Positions 9,842 to 19,799 of a stretch of DNA of 64,000 nucleotides are shown piece by piece. The stretch's first letter is position 1. Each line of letters begins with the position of its first letter. The stretch comes from Desulfatiglandales bacterium (GTDB lineage Bacteria > Desulfobacterota > DSM-4660 > Desulfatiglandales > Desulfatiglandaceae). The notes below the pieces were generated by a model, which was not told where the DNA came from, searched no databases, and worked only from the letters and a program-made list of their open reading frames with translations. The stretch lies in the NCBI GenBank assembly GCA_963662465.1, contig OY759599.1, positions 3,840,001 through 3,904,000 on the forward strand, given 5' to 3'. The position numbers and the translations under genes are program-made.

Positions 9842-11209
9842 ATGAAAACAGCAAAACTTTTGATCATCCTGTGTGTTTTTCTTGCGACTTTCCTGGTTGG
9901 AGGGATTTCCCTGGCTCTTGAAGCACCGACCTTAACGGTGTCGACCGCCGGAACTACACTTTCACTTTCTTGGACATCAGTAGCTGGTGCAACGGGATAT
10001 ACTCTATCTTATGCTCCAGCCCCATATACCGGGCCTGACACGATTGGAAGTATTCCCATGGGAACCCAAACATCATGGTCGGCCACTCTTTGGGAAGGTG
10101 CTGCCTATTTCGTGGCTGTCCAGGCGTATGACAGTGTTGCAAGCAGCGTCTATTCCAATATTGAGTATTTTGCTATTGATTCGTCTCTATTGAACCAACA
10201 GCTTCAAAACATTCTGGATACTGCTGTCGTCGACACAGGAGCGACAGGCGCTGTTCTTTCTGTCAAAAGCCCTTCCTTTCAGTGGACAGGTTCCAGCGGC
10301 TTTTCTAATCGTGAGACGAAAACAGCCATGGCGCCCACCGATATGCTACGGCTCGCCAGCATGACGAAATCCTTTGTCAGCGTTGTTGTTCAAAAATTGA
10401 GCGAGGAAGGGAAATTCGACCTGGATGACAAAATCCAGCAGTACCTCCCCGCCGCGATTGTGGACCGTATTTCCCATGGGTCGGAAGTCACCATACGCCA
10501 ACTCCTTAACATGACCAGTGGCATATACAGTTACACCGAAATTGACAACTACAACGATGAAGTAGAGAGAAACCCCTATCGGTCGCCTTGGACTCCAGAG
10601 GAAATTTTGGCGTATGTCTATTCAGAAAAAGCAGTTTTTTCTCCCGGAGAGGGATGGGAATACTCGAATACCAACTATATCTTGTTCGATATGCTTGTCA
10701 AAGAGGTGAGCGGCACTTCGCTTGCAAGCGAAATGCGACGAATTATTCATAAGCCCTTGGGATTAAGCGATACGTTTATGGAAATTCAAGAACCGAGGGA
10801 TGGAGGATTTGGGGGGCTAATTGTACGGGGGTATGAGAAAGATGGGGAGGATGTTACGGAAATTCAAGATGCACTCGGCTTGGGGGATGGTGGATTGATA
10901 TCAGATGCTGAAGGGGTCGTGAAGTTTCTCCAAGGCCTCTTTGTGGATAAGGTCCTGCTGAGTGCGACTTCACTGAATCAGATGCGTAATTTTCATCCCA
11001 TCGAAGATTATGGATTGGGTCTGGAACGCCGAAAGACCAAATTCGGGGAAGCATGGGGTCATAGTGGCGGTTCCAGTGGGTTTGAAGGAGACATGCTGTA
11101 TTTTCCGGAAAGTGAAGTCATTTTTGTATTTTTGACCAATACCATGGATACTAACGTCTGCGAAGAGGTTTTTCAGCACAGCATGGAGTTGCTCTTATCC
11201 ACCAATTGA
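9842..11209 (+). CDS. Secreted serine hydrolase (beta-lactamase/D-Ala-D-Ala carboxypeptidase family) with N-terminal FN3-like domain
   Basis: SxxK (ASMTKS), YSNTNY and HSG motifs; signal peptide; LSWTSVAGATGYTL...YFVAVQAYD is FN3-like. Confidence 0.85.
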   Translation: MKTAKLLIILCVFLATFLVGGISLALEAPTLTVSTAGTTLSLSWTSVAGATGYTLSYAPAPYTGPDTIGSIPMGTQTSWSATLWEGAAYFVAVQAYDSVASSVYSNIEYFAIDSSLLNQQLQNILDTAVVDTGATGAVLSVKSPSFQWTGSSGFSNRETKTAMAPTDMLRLASMTKSFVSVVVQKLSEEGKFDLDDKIQQYLPAAIVDRISHGSEVTIRQLLNMTSGIYSYTEIDNYNDEVERNPYRSPWTPEEILAYVYSEKAVFSPGEGWEYSNTNYILFDMLVKEVSGTSLASEMRRIIHKPLGLSDTFMEIQEPRDGGFGGLIVRGYEKDGEDVTEIQDALGLGDGGLISDAEGVVKFLQGLFVDKVLLSATSLNQMRNFHPIEDYGLGLERRKTKFGEAWGHSGGSSGFEGDMLYFPESEVIFVFLTNTMDTNVCEEVFQHSMELLLSTN

Positions 11210-11867
11210 AACATTGCATCATCCCAAAAAACACATGACCCATCAACTCGGTGTACAGATAAAGGGCTGATTCTCTCCTGCTCATGGGCATGTTGAAAGG
11301 ATGAGGATGCCCTCGGAACGGGATACTGACTTTATTATGCCTATCTGGTATTTGGAGGATAGAATCCACGGCTATACTCTCAATTTATGTTGCGAGTTTG
11401 GTTATGTTGTGTGTATTTAATTCATCTAATTCATATTTAAAATTGAAATATCTATATAATTCTTATCATTCTGAGCTTGACTTTGCCTTACAAGCATGGT
11501 ATATATTACACCAAGCTTGATTTTATGGTTTTTCTCATATTATTATTATGATTGATTTTAGAAGTTGCAAGCTGTCTGTTATGTCCTACCCCACGTCGAA
11601 TTACCTTCCTTATAGGAGGTTTGCGATATGAGACTTTATGAAAGATGTAGGCCCGCTCGCTTGATCCAGTAACCCTCCCCGGAGCAGTTTAACCCCTGGA
11701 TCAGAACACAGAAGTATGTTTAAAGGATTATTATTATGTTGCGAGTTCCTTCAAACCGTTTCTGGAAATTGGAGGTAAACTATCGGAATCTTTACCAAAT
11801 CATCATTTCTCAAGCCAGATCCGAACTCCCTTATTATTTCGATAGGTTAGGCCAACACACAACATAA

Positions 11868-12110
11868 CTCAATGTATCACAGACTGGCGATGAAAAAGCT
11901 GACCACAACATATAGGATATTGTCCAAACGGCTTTGGTTCCAGATGCTGTCAAGAGCTATTCCAGGAAAAGGTGAAGTATTGATCTATTGATCTCGCAGT
12001 ATTGCGAAATTCCAACCGCTATGCTATGGAGATATCATGCACGGACCCTTTTGCCGTGACCGGATAAGCGGTAAATTGCCCTACCCGCACATGCTGCGGC
12101 CGATGGAATT
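11868..12110 (+). repeat. Island repeat G/F copy
   Basis: CTCAATGTATCAC...GACCACAACATATAGG...GTGAAGTATTGATCT...GTGACCGGATAAGCGG, matching the 9.3-9.7 kb and 19.97-20.13 kb copies. Confidence 0.8.
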
Positions 12111-12199
12111 TCCGGTGTAGCTTTGAGCTTGAAGGGCCACAAGAACAATACGGCACCTGTCAAAATTTCGACAGGGCTGATTCTTTAGGATAATGCCAA

Positions 12200-13366
12200 T
12201 TGCGAAAACTCAATTTATTTCTGCAAGAAGAAGACATAGAAGCATTTCGATTCGGCGAAGGGCTAATCCTTTCCCGTCCACAGAAGCTTTACGTTCTCAA
12301 CGCCACTGCCACCTTTTTATGGGTGGACCTTCAAGAAGGATATACATTAGAAGAGGCCAACAAGCGGCAAGCCCAACGTTTTGGACTCTTGTCGGCTGAA
12401 CTTCTTCCAGATAGCGAGCACATCTACAAACAGTGGGCTTTTGAAGGCCTCATTCCAGGCTCCCCCCATCGTTTGGCTGAAACCAATAATTTACTGGTCA
12501 AATCTGAATTTGATGTTCGTTTTCGAGCAGAATTCTTAAAACCTGCTTCTCCGATTACCAGAACATACCGTTTCCCTGAAAATATGATAACATTGGGCTT
12601 TCAGAACCCAGCACTGGAAAATCTCATTCACCCGGCTTTCGCTCACCTAGAGGAAAAGGATATAACTCCCGATCGTGCCAATATTGAATTGAGAATGGAA
12701 AACGAGGCTGTCATAATTCACTGTGATGGGAAAGAGCCACTTTCCACATTTGATTTGCGTGAAGCCCGTACCAATGCGCTAAATCACATTTTGGATCACA
12801 CATCCGGAAATTCCGATTGGTGTGCACTGCTTCACTCCGCCGCTTTAGCTCGTGGAAAGGAGGCAATTGTTTTAGCTGGAGCCTGTCAAAAGGGTAAAAC
12901 GACTTTGACTGCCTATCTCATTCAAAGGGGTTGGGAATATCTCAGCGAGGATATAACTGCAATCGATGTCCAAATGGGCGCTGTATATGGTCTCCCTTCA
13001 GCGTTGAGCCTAAAACAAGGTAGCTGGGACCTTCTTTCTGCTGATTTTCCTGAAATTGAAACCTTAACCGTTTATGAAAAGTTTGGTTCCAAAATTCGTT
13101 ATTTGCCTCCACCAAAGTACGAAATCGGCCCACGATCCTTTGGATTTCTTTTTGCTGTCGATTTTGATCCAAATGCAACACACTCTTGCCAAGAATTACC
13201 TCCCTTAGAGACTTTGGAAAGTCTCGTCAGTGGCGATTCGTGGATAAGTTCAGCTTCAGATCATCTTATGTTTTTCTTGGGGCTACTCGAAAATGTTCCC
13301 GCTTATCGGTTGACGTATAAGACATTGGATCAGGCTCTATCTTCTATCGAAGAGATAATTTCATGA
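12200..13366 (+). CDS. PqqD/RRE-like domain fused to an HPr-kinase-related kinase
   Basis: N-terminal KLYVLNATATFLWVDLQEG is PqqD-like. LLHSAAL, P-loop GACQKGKTT and YLSEDI are HprK-like motifs. TTG start after TAGGA. Confidence 0.75.
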   Translation: MRKLNLFLQEEDIEAFRFGEGLILSRPQKLYVLNATATFLWVDLQEGYTLEEANKRQAQRFGLLSAELLPDSEHIYKQWAFEGLIPGSPHRLAETNNLLVKSEFDVRFRAEFLKPASPITRTYRFPENMITLGFQNPALENLIHPAFAHLEEKDITPDRANIELRMENEAVIIHCDGKEPLSTFDLREARTNALNHILDHTSGNSDWCALLHSAALARGKEAIVLAGACQKGKTTLTAYLIQRGWEYLSEDITAIDVQMGAVYGLPSALSLKQGSWDLLSADFPEIETLTVYEKFGSKIRYLPPPKYEIGPRSFGFLFAVDFDPNATHSCQELPPLETLESLVSGDSWISSASDHLMFFLGLLENVPAYRLTYKTLDQALSSIEEIIS

Positions 13367-14472
13367 AAGACCGTGAAGCCCACCTTTTTATCGGACTTTG
13401 CTTATCTGCCCTAGTGGAATCACATCGTTCGCCAGTGCTTGCTGCGAAGTTAAAAAGCGGCCAGATCAACTGGCCCTTAATTGTTACAATCTCTAGTCGG
13501 CACCTGGTTACACCCGCCCTCTTTGCCTCGTTTCAAGTCCATGGGCTAACGGAAATACTTGAATCAGAGGTTCGAAACTATCTGTCAATCATTCACCAAC
13601 TGAATCTAGCTCGGAACAAAAATATTTTAAAGGAAGTGCATGATGTTGTATTCAAACTCAACGATGTCGGGGTTCAGCCAACCCTCATTAAGGGGGCGGC
13701 ACATCTAACCAGCGGGCTTTATAAAGATCCTGGAGCCCGAATTATGAGCGACATTGATATGCTCGTTCCCGAAAGCCAGCTGATGTCTTGTGTGGGAGCC
13801 CTTAAATCATTGGGATATGGTAGCAAAAACCCATTTGATGGTGAATTGAAAGGCCATCATTTTCCAAGATTGATTCACCCAAATCGAGAGGTAGGAATAG
13901 AACTTCACCGCTGGGCTACATCCAAAAATGCAATTAAAGCTGAAGAGATTTTTGGAGCATCTAGCCTTTGGGAGATAAACGGCAATAAATTCAGAATTCC
14001 CTCCCGTGAACACGCTCTCATGATTAATATCATACATGCCCATACGGGAGCGCTTAGATTTCCAGGCCAGATAAATTTCAGGGCTAACATGGACCATGCC
14101 CTTTTGATTCAAGCGCCTGGTGAAAAAGTCGATTGGGCTCGAATATCCGAGGCACTTTGCTCCGTCAGTGAAAAAAAAGCCATGGAAGCTTTTTTAGACA
14201 CCAACTATTGGCTAATGGCAGTTCCTCTTCCGCTACCATTGAGAACAGGCTTGCAGCTATATTTAGGACGTCTTGGGAGGAAAGTTTGCGTCACAAACCA
14301 TTATTTTGAGAAGGGAATTCTGTTGACGTTATTTTTCATTCATTATATAAATTCTCTAATGTTACGGTTTAAAGACCTTGGTCTTAATGAATTTCTTTTG
14401 CGATTAACCAGCCCCAAAAAATGGAAAAATCAAGCAACTGCTTTAAAGAATGTAGTAAAATCGTTAAAGTGA
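13363..14472 (+). CDS. Nucleotidyltransferase family protein (NTP_transf_5-like)
   Basis: LIKGAAH..LY.DPGARIMSDIDMLV and IELH motifs; ATGA overlap with the upstream kinase. Confidence 0.85.
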   Translation: MKDREAHLFIGLCLSALVESHRSPVLAAKLKSGQINWPLIVTISSRHLVTPALFASFQVHGLTEILESEVRNYLSIIHQLNLARNKNILKEVHDVVFKLNDVGVQPTLIKGAAHLTSGLYKDPGARIMSDIDMLVPESQLMSCVGALKSLGYGSKNPFDGELKGHHFPRLIHPNREVGIELHRWATSKNAIKAEEIFGASSLWEINGNKFRIPSREHALMINIIHAHTGALRFPGQINFRANMDHALLIQAPGEKVDWARISEALCSVSEKKAMEAFLDTNYWLMAVPLPLPLRTGLQLYLGRLGRKVCVTNHYFEKGILLTLFFIHYINSLMLRFKDLGLNEFLLRLTSPKKWKNQATALKNVVKSLK

Positions 14473-14499
14473 CCTGCGAGTTCTAACGGAGGATTAGCT

Positions 14500-14703
14500 T
14501 TGGAAAGAAAAGATCGAGAGTCGTTTGGTGAATCGAATTTTCAAGAAAAGGAAGATCAAAAAGCATCTGAGGGCCTTGACCGCCGTGGCGCTTTCCAGGT
14601 AGCTGGAAAGATGGCGCTCTATACTGCTCCTGCAATGTTGGCGTTGTTAGTTGCAAAAAAGGCTCATGCTCACGGTGAATTTGTTCTAACGCTAATCCAT
14701 TGA
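14500..14703 (+). CDS. Small twin-arginine-like peptide 1, C-terminus altered by a MITE insertion
   Basis: RBS GGAGG plus TTG start; LDRRGAFQVAGKMALYTAPAMLALLVAKKAHA. Removing the MITE restores the ending AHA-SP-stop (AGTCCATAA at 14785-14793). Confidence 0.75.
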   Translation: MERKDRESFGESNFQEKEDQKASEGLDRRGAFQVAGKMALYTAPAMLALLVAKKAHAHGEFVLTLIH

Positions 14704-14774
14704 TTTGTTTGAATTGATGTGTCCTTCATAAGGTTTTGATATCAAAGGTTTACAAATAGAACAAATTTGCCCTG
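14671..14774. mobile_element. 104-bp MITE (CA...TG ends, 10-bp TSD)
   Basis: Imperfect TIRs CACGGTGAATTTGTTCTA / CAGGGCAAATTTGTTCTA. Flanks GGCTCATGCT and GTCTCATGCT. Reverse complement of 54482-54585. Confidence 0.9.
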
Positions 14775-14992
14775 GTCTCATGCTAGTCCATAATGAAGAT
14801 TTCTAAACAGAATTTTTTCATCCCAATCTGATTTTATATCGGCCTCTGTCAGATTTTCAACCGATGCTTGTTGGATTCCCTCAAGGTTTTTTCACACGGG
14901 AACATGACGGTGTTTGTTTTTTTGAGAGTTTTTTTACACAGAAATCATAATTCTTTAAAAAAATCAAAAAACCAAAGGAGGAGGAAATAGCT

Positions 14993-15175
14993 TTGGAAAA
15001 AAAAGATATAGAGTCGGTTGGTGAATCGAATTCCCAAGAAACAGAAGATCACAAAGCATCTGAGGGCCTTGACCGTCGTGGGGCTTTCCAGGTAGCTGGA
15101 AAGATGGCGCTTTATACTGCTCCTGCAATGTTGGCATTATTAGTTGCAAAAAAAGCTCATGCTGGTTCCGAATAG
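14993..15175 (+). CDS. Small twin-arginine-like peptide 2 (paralogue of peptide 1)
   Basis: RBS AAGGAGGAGG plus TTG start; 60 aa, near-identical to peptide 1, ending AHAGSE. Confidence 0.8.
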   Translation: MEKKDIESVGESNSQETEDHKASEGLDRRGAFQVAGKMALYTAPAMLALLVAKKAHAGSE

Positions 15176-15339
15176 AATTCTTTCATCAGATTTTGATTTT
15201 TTCTTTCAAAATCGATAGATGGGTTGTTTGAAATCTTTACAACGCCAAGAGGTAGCCTTCCGTTGTAGGCGATTAAGTTCCGGCCTCACTTAGCGGTTCT
15301 CAAACGAGACGACAGCGCCTTTCGAATATTGGGCGGTCA

Positions 15340-15945
15340 TACCATATATTGTGGTTCCCACATTTTTGGAGAAACCTGCACTATCTCCAACGTACCACAA
15401 CCAAAGACGACGTTGTGATATGATCCACATATCCCAATCGGACAAGACTGAAGTTGCGATTTCACTCATTATCCAACACCACTACATATTGTGGTCACGC
15501 CATTTTCAGATTGTTAATCCAAAAGTGAAGACTTCCTATCATTGTTTTGTTGGACCTGTAACCCGGAGGCCTGAAAAAAGCAGCTGCCTGGCACGAAGTT
15601 TTTCGGTGCAGCATGGAGAAGGATGGCAATTCAATTCTTCCGTTTTGAAACTGAAGGCACGCCCGAAAATCATCGATGTTAACTCTTCCTGAAAAGAATC
15701 AAAAATCATCAAGAGTCGCCCGTTAACGTCTTGCGGCTACCCCAAGATGCGGGGGTTGCCATCCTTATAAAAATTTTTGGCATAACTATCACAATATTCC
15801 AATAGGTTGTGATAAGAGCTCAATATCTCATCCGAGCAAAATTGAATTTGCCGTTTCACTCCTTGTCCAGTACCACTATATCTTGTGGTCGAGACCTTTT
15901 CAGACTGTTAATCCAAAAGTGAAGGTTACGTAATATTATGTTGCA
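15340..15945 (+). repeat. Island repeat block with two tandem copies of unit A
   Basis: 15380-15540 matches 7017-7178. 15562-15642 matches unit E. 15806-15926 is a second D/A copy followed by TTATGTTGCAT. Confidence 0.85.
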
Positions 15946-16236
15946 TTCGAATCTATGGAAAAAAACAGAATCTTACATCTTGCAGCCTTCACCCTTTGTG
16001 ACTGTCGAAAAAGAAGCTAGGGACATAAGGCGGGACAATTAACAAAAGCGCTTGTTCCCACGCTTTGCGTGCGTCAAGATGAGGCCATTGTGCGGGACCG
16101 TTGCAAGAAAAAAAGGACGCATACAGCACTACGGCTTCACCCACAAAAAGGTGGATTTCATCATGAACCTTCGACATTAAGTACCGCATATGAAAGGCAT
16201 TGTACAATGGGAATGCCGGAAAATGTTTGAACACGA

Positions 16237-16621
16237 TTTAAAAGATTAAATGATGGACAGGATTGTCATTGCACGAGAAAACACCAATAAAAAGGGGTAA
16301 AGGGGTCTGAAGGAACTTGTTCAGACGCCGTCTCCTCATCCTGTCCATCCAAAAAATCCTGTTCATCGTGCTCAAAACAGTGGAGAGGCCAACAATGCCG
16401 GATAACCCTTTGCCCGTTTTTGAAATCTATAAAATCCGGACATCAGCGGCGGCCACAAGGCGGGACAATTAAAAAAAACGCGCTCCCACACGCTGCGTGG
16501 GGATGGATGAAAGTCAGGCCTTGGCCAGCCTGCCCCGCTTTTTGTCCGTAGCCATTTTTTGTGTATGTTATGAGTTGTTGATGGTACGATGTGTTCCTCA
16601 TAATAGAGCGTGTTGTTCTGC
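16237..16621 (+). repeat. 385-bp direct repeat H, copy 1
   Basis: Near-identical to 23522-23906. Contains GATGGACAGGAT/ATCCTGTCCATC inverted motifs and a REP-like TCCCACACGCTGCGTGGGGA. Confidence 0.9.
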
Positions 16622-16796
16622 CCCTTAACGTCGTCCTTTTTGGGACTCATATCCTAATCTTGAAGTCAAAATGTATGATCTGGATCGAAACTGCAAAGAA
16701 ATGGCGGAATTTTTCAGTTATTGCTAGAGAGGGTAAAAGTGGGGTATGGTACAGTTGCATTTGAGGTGAAATCCCGAAAAAAACACTGATATCATC

Positions 16797-17033
16797 ATGG
16801 ATTTTGAAATTGCAGAAAATATTTTAAGAATTGAAACCATCGCTGTCGGATCTTCAATTCGTGATTTAAAGCGTTTGATCAGAGTGTACGACAATGGGCG
16901 GTGGCGCAAGTTGAAAGGGTTTGCAACGGTACGTTTGATGGACGGATCTTTTCGTAAACCAGAGATCCATTGGTATGAGGCTCATGGAATAGGGAGAAAG
17001 GAATTTAAATTGAAACTCCCGTTTCTGGATTAG
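16797..17033 (+). CDS. Small conserved hypothetical protein, first of a TA-like pair
   Basis: 78 aa; IETIAVGSSIRDL.RL...Y..GRWRKLKG.ATVRL.DG.....EIHWYEAHGIGRKE is a recognisable small-protein pattern. Confidence 0.7.
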   Translation: MDFEIAENILRIETIAVGSSIRDLKRLIRVYDNGRWRKLKGFATVRLMDGSFRKPEIHWYEAHGIGRKEFKLKLPFLD

Positions 17034-17045
17034 AGGGGGACAGCC

Positions 17046-17297
17046 ATGGAAGAGAAGGTCGCGCTGACACAGGGATTTGTGCTTTGCCTCAACAACCAGG
17101 GATACGAAGCTTCTTTGGAGGTGGGGAAGTTGTATCGTTTTATTGAGGACAAGGATGCGGCATCGCACGGATATGCGCGTGTGGTCGATGAAAGCGGGGA
17201 AGATTATGCCTACTCCAAAAACCGGTTTTTTCATCTCCAGTTACCAAAGACTGTTGAAGAAGTATTGATGTCTTTTTCTGAACAATGTGTGGCATAA
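17046..17297 (+). CDS. Small conserved hypothetical protein, second of a TA-like pair
   Basis: 83 aa, RBS GAGGGGG; FVLCLNNQGYEASLE..KLY...D..A...G..RVVDESGEDY.Y. Confidence 0.7.
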   Translation: MEEKVALTQGFVLCLNNQGYEASLEVGKLYRFIEDKDAASHGYARVVDESGEDYAYSKNRFFHLQLPKTVEEVLMSFSEQCVA

Positions 17298-17369
17298 ATC
17301 TATAATTTACCACGCAAGAGCATGTGGGTCCATTATGGGCGTGAGGCAGATGGATCAAGAAAACAGAAA

Positions 17370-18419
17370 ATGAAGCAGCGAATTGAGTGGCTCGACAATT
17401 TAAGGGCAATTGCCATATTTTTTGTGGTGCTGGGGCATACCGTCGGTCTTCCCGGGCATGTGGAAAAATTGATTTTTTCTTTTCATATGCCCATTTTCTT
17501 CTGGATTTCAGGGCTTTTTGCCAGGGAAAGCATTCGCGATGAAACTTTTTGGGGTTTCATTGCCAAACGGTGGCGAAAACGCCTCATCCCCTACCTTTCT
17601 TTTTCCGTCATCAGCTATGTGGCCTGGTTTTGTCTGTTCAGACACTTCGGGAGCCAGGCGGAGATGAATATCAGCCCCATTCGGCCGCTCATCGGTTTTT
17701 TTTACGGCAACGGCATCAACGACTGGATGGTGACCAATACCGTATTGTGGTTTTTTCTGTGTTTGTTTGTTACGGAGATTTTTTTCTACTTTGTGATCAA
17801 GGTCCCTTCAAAGCTTTGGATGGTGCTGTTGCTGGCGGGGTTTTCCATTGTGGGATATCTGGATGTTTACTACAACCCGCCCGATGGTTTCAGACTGCCC
17901 TGGGACATGGATATTGCGCTTACAACGGTTGTTTTCTATGGCGCCGGGTATCTTTCAAAAGGGTACGTACTCGGAAATAAAAAATCCACCCCCTGGCGGT
18001 GGCTCGTCATGCTCCTCAGCCTTGTCATTTATGCGGTTTTCAGCCTCTTGAATCGGAAAGTCGCCCTGGTGGCGGGTGTGTACGGCAATTATTTTTATTT
18101 TTATGCGGCTGCCATAGCGGGCATCTGCTTCTGGATGGAGCTGGCCTACATGATTCCGACGTCACGGTTTTTTTCCAGGATCGGCCGGAACACCCTCACC
18201 ATATTCTCTCTGCACCTGCTGGTATTTCCTTTTATTACGGCCGTTTTGGTCTACGGATTGAAGATGCCCTCCCAATTGAAGTTCGAGTCCGCATCCCTCT
18301 CCCTGGCCTACGCGGTCATCAGCATCCTGGTGTTGCTGCCCATATCCGATCTGATCAATCGATATGTCCCCTTCATTCTAGGGGAGTCCCGAAAACCGGC
18401 GTCACAACTAACCCTTTAA
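17370..18419 (+). CDS. Acyltransferase 3 family membrane O-acyltransferase
   Basis: RIEWLDNLRAIAIFFVVLGH, FHMPIFFWISG, LWFFLCLF, IGRNTLTIF..H; multiple TM helices. Confidence 0.9.
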   Translation: MKQRIEWLDNLRAIAIFFVVLGHTVGLPGHVEKLIFSFHMPIFFWISGLFARESIRDETFWGFIAKRWRKRLIPYLSFSVISYVAWFCLFRHFGSQAEMNISPIRPLIGFFYGNGINDWMVTNTVLWFFLCLFVTEIFFYFVIKVPSKLWMVLLLAGFSIVGYLDVYYNPPDGFRLPWDMDIALTTVVFYGAGYLSKGYVLGNKKSTPWRWLVMLLSLVIYAVFSLLNRKVALVAGVYGNYFYFYAAAIAGICFWMELAYMIPTSRFFSRIGRNTLTIFSLHLLVFPFITAVLVYGLKMPSQLKFESASLSLAYAVISILVLLPISDLINRYVPFILGESRKPASQLTL

Positions 18420-18444
18420 CCTATAATTCCAATTGAGGTTCAAA

Positions 18445-19642
18445 ATGTTTATAATTCATCTTATGTTCACCCTGGTATTCCTGTATATAATCATCACAAC
18501 CCTTTACCTCGTCATCCTGACCGTTGCCGCCTATTGTTTCACGAAGAAGCAAGGATCTATTCCCGGACCCTTTTCCATAGCGCTCATCATCCCCGCTCAC
18601 AACGAGGCCCTTGAAATCGGGAAGACCATTGAAAATGTCAAGGGCTGCGGTTATCCTGAAGATGCCTACGGTATTGTGGTGATTGCCGATAACTGCAACG
18701 ATGAAACCGCTTCCCTGGCCCGGTCCGCGGGGGCTGTGGTGGTGGAGCGGACGGACATGGCAAACCGCGGGAAAGGCCAGGCCCTGGACTGGTTTTTCAA
18801 GAACCACGCCGACATTTATGGACGCTACGATGCCGTGGCCATCATGGATGCGGATACCCTTATGCATGGATTTTCTCTCTGAAATATCATCGAGTCTTTC
18901 TTCTCCGGGGGTGAACGCGATGCAGGGTTATTACGGGGTTTCCAATCCAGAGGACAACTGGCGTACGGCATTGTCTTCCGCCGCCCTGAATGTATTTCAC
19001 CATATTCGTCCCGCCGGCCGCAACCGCATCGGGGGGACGGCAGGGCTCAAGGGAAACGGTATGGCCTTTAAAACCGACATCCTCAAAACATACGGCTGGC
19101 CCGCTTATTCTATTGTGGAAGATATTGAATTTTCCATGATCCTGCTTCACGATGGCATCATTGTGCATTACAACCCGGACGCCATCGTTTATGGAGAGAT
19201 GGCCACGGAAAAGAAACAGGCCGAAACCCAGCGAAAGCGCTGGGAAGGGGGGCGTTTCGAGGTACTCAAGAAATACGCTTCGCCGCTGCTCAAAATGTGG
19301 TTCAAGGACAAAAAAAAGGTGCAATACCTGGATGGTTTCATGGAGTTGTTTACCCCGCCCCTGTCACTTCTGGTGATAGGACAGATCCTTTTTTTTGGGG
19401 TGTCGGCCTTTATGTATCCGGCCCTGTTTAGACTTTCCATCTACTGCCTGTTGGGAACCGCGTTCTATGTCTTTTCGGGATTGATCCTCAAGAAAGCGCC
19501 CCTTTATGTCTGGAAATGCCTTTTTTCGGCCCCTTTCTTTATCCTCTGGAAAATCCCCATCTATCTGAAAGTCGTAAAAAAGGGCAACCAGAACACCTGG
19601 GAGAGGACTCAGCGAAAATCCGAACTGGAGAAGAAAGAGTGA
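18445..19642 (+). pseudogene. GT2 glycosyltransferase, frameshifted
   Basis: IPAHNE, ADNC.D.T, GKGQAL and DAD lie in one frame; EDIEF and QRKRW lie in another. The break is near 18865-18870. Confidence 0.8.
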
Positions 19643-19655
19643 TAGGCCATTCGAT

Positions 19656-19799
19656 TTCGCAACTCCGGAACTGCTTTGGCGCGTGCTGACCGCAAAACGG
19701 TGGGTGTTACTCAAGGCTCTCTGTGGAGCAGGCCCTGTATCAATCCGCGAAGCTGCTTGACGTGTTGGGCGCGATGTTAAGGCAGTCCACAGCGATGTT
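19656..19799 (+). pseudogene. Fragment of a wHTH antitoxin-like regulator (HVO_A0114-like)
   Basis: Translates as FATPELLWRVLTAKRWVLLKALCGAGPVSIREAA*RVGRDVKAVHSDV, with an internal TGA at 19758 and no start. Confidence 0.6.

Noticed and set aside
12200..15175. Lasso peptide cluster
   Set aside because: No asparagine-synthetase-like cyclase or B2 protease, and the peptides lack a core able to form a macrolactam ring.
15351..15692. 113-aa ORF and other short ORFs over repeat blocks (6908-7105, 19984-20205, 16372-16650)
   Set aside because: They lie on non-coding repeats whose other copies do not preserve the reading frames.
15536..15791. Possible insert flanked by a CTATCA direct repeat
   Set aside because: The enclosed sequence is homologous to what follows unit A at 7200, and the second CTATCA is part of the TATCACAA/TTGTGATA hairpin, so it is probably coincidental.
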